A program made the position numbers and the translations under genes. From assembly GCF_009914755.1 (NCBI RefSeq), contig NC_060934.1: DNA of 64,000 bases. One strand, given 5' to 3'. Positions 59,836-64,000 of this stretch are shown here, one piece after another. The notes below the pieces were generated by a model. The model had not been told where the DNA came from. It searched no databases and saw only the letters and a list, made by a program, of their open reading frames with translations. Source of the DNA: the human T2T-CHM13v2.0 reference genome, Homo sapiens. How positions within the stretch are numbered: the first letter of the stretch is position 1; every line of letters starts with the position of its first letter.

Positions 59836-62800
59836 AATACTGCTGGTGGTGATTGTGTTGGTAGTACTGATGTTGCTGGTGAGGGTGATGAAGGTGGTAA
59901 TACTGTCCAGCCGGGCCTTTTGAGGGCATCTGGATGAACCTCTTTTTTACGTGGGGTGGGGTCGGGATAGGCACCCTGAAACAGGGCCCTCAAAATGCTC
60001 CAGGCCACAGATGGAGAAGGAAAGTTTCCCGATGTGGGGTTGCAGGGTCAGGTATGCTGAGCCAGAGGCACTGCTTCCCAGGAATCCTCACCTCTCGGAG
60101 CCTGTGATGCGGGCGCCCAGCTGTGCAGCTGCCATCCAGCCTGGATCCCAAGCTTCCCCTCCCTGGAATCATTCTGAGCTGCTCTGATCCTTTGGGCTGG
60201 ATTTTCCATCCTCTCCCTCAAAGGGAACCTTGCCCCCTATGCCTTTCCTGAGGTTGGGGATATGTGTGCTGGGCCTGGCCCAGGGTAGTACTGGGGTTGC
60301 GTGAGAAGGCAGGTCTGGAGCTGGTTGTATGCCTGGGCCCCGCAAGCTGGGCTTTCAGAATCCCTTTCAGTGGCCCGGGCCCACCCCCTGGACCCTGTTC
60401 CCTTTGTAACTGAGCTTTCGTCTTTGCTTTGGTTCCCTGGCCACCCTTCGGGATCCTGGCCTCCCCTTTCTGGGAGTGGTGCACGTTCTGCTGGGGGGAG
60501 GTGCATCCTGCCCTTGCTGCCTGCCTGGCACTCTGGGTTCCCCTCTGCACTTGTTTGCTGATCCATCTCCATTGAGTCCCGAAGGTGTTTATTGAAGGTG
60601 ACCTGGGTTGGGGGACATGGGGTTAACACACCCAGCTCCTGCTCTCCTGCAGCCCTCTCCCTGTGGGGAATGGGGAGCCGCAGGACAGCCCCTAAGCTGT
60701 CTAGTGCCTCTGGGGATTCCAGGAAGGCACTTCTTGGGTGGACATGTTGCTTGACAAGTGCAACCCAGGCAGGATTTCGGCTCCCACGTGTCCCTTCAGC
60801 CCTGAGCCTTTGGCAGTGAACACACCTACCAACTATACATGGCAGTCCAAAGTGGGTAGGTGTGTGAGGGAGGGTTGGTCCTATGATGAGACCCATTCTT
60901 GTGAATTCCTTTTTCCCAGGGCATCAGTACATCCCCTGCTTAATTTCAGAGCAGCAAGGGCAGAGCTGGGACATGGTTGGATCTCTCTGTGATGAGAGCA
61001 TCGGGTGTTGAATGTCCTTTCTGTGCTATAACTATAAATTCATGTTAGACAGCAAAATGTAGGCATTTGACTGATGCAGGAAGGATCTGGAGGGGAAAAG
61101 TATTACTCAAGAATATTTCACCTAAAAAGGACTTTGTGACAAGGTTTGCTTGTGACAGTCCTTGTATGATATTGGGTGATATTTCTTGTGACTTTTGTTT
61201 TGACATGTCTCTGGCTGGTTTTATGAGGGCTATTTGGGGAGCACCAAAGGGAGAGTGGCCAGAGAGGCAAAGCTCTGTCTGGCTCTCGATGGGAGGGCTG
61301 TGCTTTTTTAGAGTGTGGAGCCGCGTGTTATGCAGCATGCAGTGTTGTGGCTAGGGACAGAAGCTGGGTCGGAAACATTAGCCCCCCAAAGCAGGTTTCT
61401 CCCACCTTCTAGACCTGCGTCTTTGAGGAGCCATCTAACATCCTCTCTAAGCCTCATTTTTTTTTTTCCATTTGTGAAATGGGAATGAGTAGTAATCCCT
61501 CCCTTGTAAAGTTTTTGTGATAATGAAATTAGATAAATTAGGTAGTCCACGAGAAGCAGTCAGTGGCTGTTCCATGGTAAGGGGCTAATAGCTCTCATTA
61601 CAGCTTTTCCTAGTTGTGTTATTTGGAGAGCAGGTTCCTAATTCGAGTTCGCCACAGCTTATCTGTGTCATGTCTTGTCTCCTCTTTGGGTGGCAGTTCT
61701 TACCTGGGATCTTGGGTGGTAAATATTGGTTTGTTGGTCTGGATTGACTGGATGATTGGAGGTCTGGTCTGTGCTTGCCTGCAGGGTCAGCTTAGCCTAG
61801 CTGTGACATGTAAAGGCTCTCTCTCCTTTAGACTGGGGTTCCATTCATGGGATTAATGGAATTGTTATTTCATCCTGTCTCAAGGGCTTTCTGGAATAAG
61901 GGCAATGGGGCCTTTGACAGTGCCCAGAATTGTCACTGTCCCTTTGAAGCAAAGGGAAATCGGTTGCAGAGAGAGGGACTCTGCAGCCTTTGTTGTGGAC
62001 GCAGCAGTACAGTTACTCTTTGTTTGGGATGTGCTGGGAGTGCTGTTCTCAGAGCAAGGCCACATGATGCCTGGAGGTGGGGCGGCAGCATGCCCTCCTT
62101 CCTCCTGCTCTTTGCCTCAGAGTCTTTGTGTGCAGAAATGGGGTTTTTGTTAGCCCCACTTCATAGGGTTAATATGGGATGATGTGAGGAAATGCGTCAA
62201 GTGTTCGTTGGAGTTTCTGGTCTTTCCCAGGGCAGAATGAAGTTTAACTCTACCATGATGATGGTGGTACTGGTGATAGCGGTGGTGCTGGTGATGTTGG
62301 TGATGTTATTGTTGATGATGGTGGTTGGTAGTATTGCTGTTGGCGGTGATGGTGGTGGTGGTAACATTGCTGGCGGTGATTGTGTTGGTAGTATTGATGT
62401 TGGTGGGGGTGGTGAAGGTGGTAGTATTGTTGGTAGTAGTAGTATTGGTGATGGTGGTGGTAGTATTGTTTTTGGTAGTGTTTTTAGTATTGATGATAGT
62501 GGTGGTAGTGTTGTTGGTAGTATTGTTGGTAGTGTTAGCATGGTTGTTGGTGGTAGTATTACTGGTAGTAGTGTTGGTGATAGTGGTGATGGTGGTAGTA
62601 TTGGTAGTGGTGGTGGTAATATTGGTGATGGTGGTAGTATTGGTAATATTAGTGATAGTGGTGGTGGTAGTATTGTTGGTAGTATTGGTAGTGTTAGTAG
62701 TGGTAGTATTGTTGGTAGTATTGTTGGTGATAGTGGTGATGGTAGTATTGTTGATAGTATTGGTAGTGGTGGTGGTAGTATTGGTGATGGTAGTAGTATT

Positions 62801-63102
62801 GCTAATATTAGTGATAGTGGTGGTGGTAGTATTGTTGGTAGTGTTGGTAGTATTGGTAGTAGTGGTAGTATTCGTAGTATTGTTGGTGATAGTGGTGATG
62901 GTGGTAGTGTTGTTTTTGTTGGTATTATTGCTGTTGGTAGTATTGTTGGTGATGTGTTGGTGGTGATTGTGGTGGTGGTAGTATTGTTGGTAGTGTTTTT
63001 GGTAGTGTTGGTGGTGGTATTGTTGTTGGTGGTAGTATTGTTGTTTGTAGTATTGGTGACAATGGTAGTAGTAGTAAGTATTGTTGTTGGTATTACTAGT
63101 AT

Positions 63103-63592
<490 letters not shown>

Positions 63593-64000
63593 TGGTGGTA
63601 GTATTGTTGGTGATACGGTAGTATTGTTATTGTTGGTAGTGTTGTAGGTGATGGTGATGGTAATAGCATTGTTATTGTTCATAGTATTGTAGGTGATGGT
63701 GGTGGTGGCGGTAGTATTGTTATTGTTGGTTGTATTGTTGGTGATGGTGGTAATATTGTTACTGTTGGTAGTATTGTTGGTAGTGTTGGTGATGTGGCGG
63801 TAGTATTGTTGGTAGTGTTGGTGATGTTATTCTTGGTAGTATTGTTGGTGATGGTGGTGGTGGTAGTATTGGTGGTAGTATTGTTGGTGATGTATTATTG
63901 GTAGTGTTGGTGTTGTTATTCTTGGTAGTACGGTTGGTGATGGTGGTGGTAGTATTGGTGGTAGTGTTGTTGGTGATGTAGTATTGTTGGTACTGTTGGT

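Noticed and set aside
60237-60896. 219-aa minus-strand ORF
   Set aside because: No recognisable domain or splice structure. Consistent with chance in GC-rich intronic DNA.

Overview
Primate (human-like) genomic DNA covering about 7 kb of upstream sequence, the CpG-island promoter and coding exon 1 of DOCK1 (ATG at 7204; MTRWVPTKREEKYGV, phase-1 donor at 7250), then about 56.7 kb of intron 1. Exon 2 was not found in the window. The intron is mostly Alu, L1, MaLR/ERV1 LTR, MER and MIR debris, a hY3 pseudogene and several VNTRs. The largest is a ~10.9-kb, 34-bp-unit G-rich minisatellite at 48930-59835. The most notable pattern is a series of short, direct, non-tandem local duplications (56-360 bp, donors 0.8-2.5 kb away) of different ages. 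One of them carried the single seed unit from which the giant minisatellite apparently expanded, and the unexpanded sister copy survives at 62070-62430. Also notable: a closely spaced inverted AluY pair sharing private variants, and a uORF whose stop codon overlaps the DOCK1 start codon. All repeat subfamily calls and identities are by eye. Apart from the exon 1 frame and the uORF frame, the ORF-track entries appear to be non-coding artefacts.
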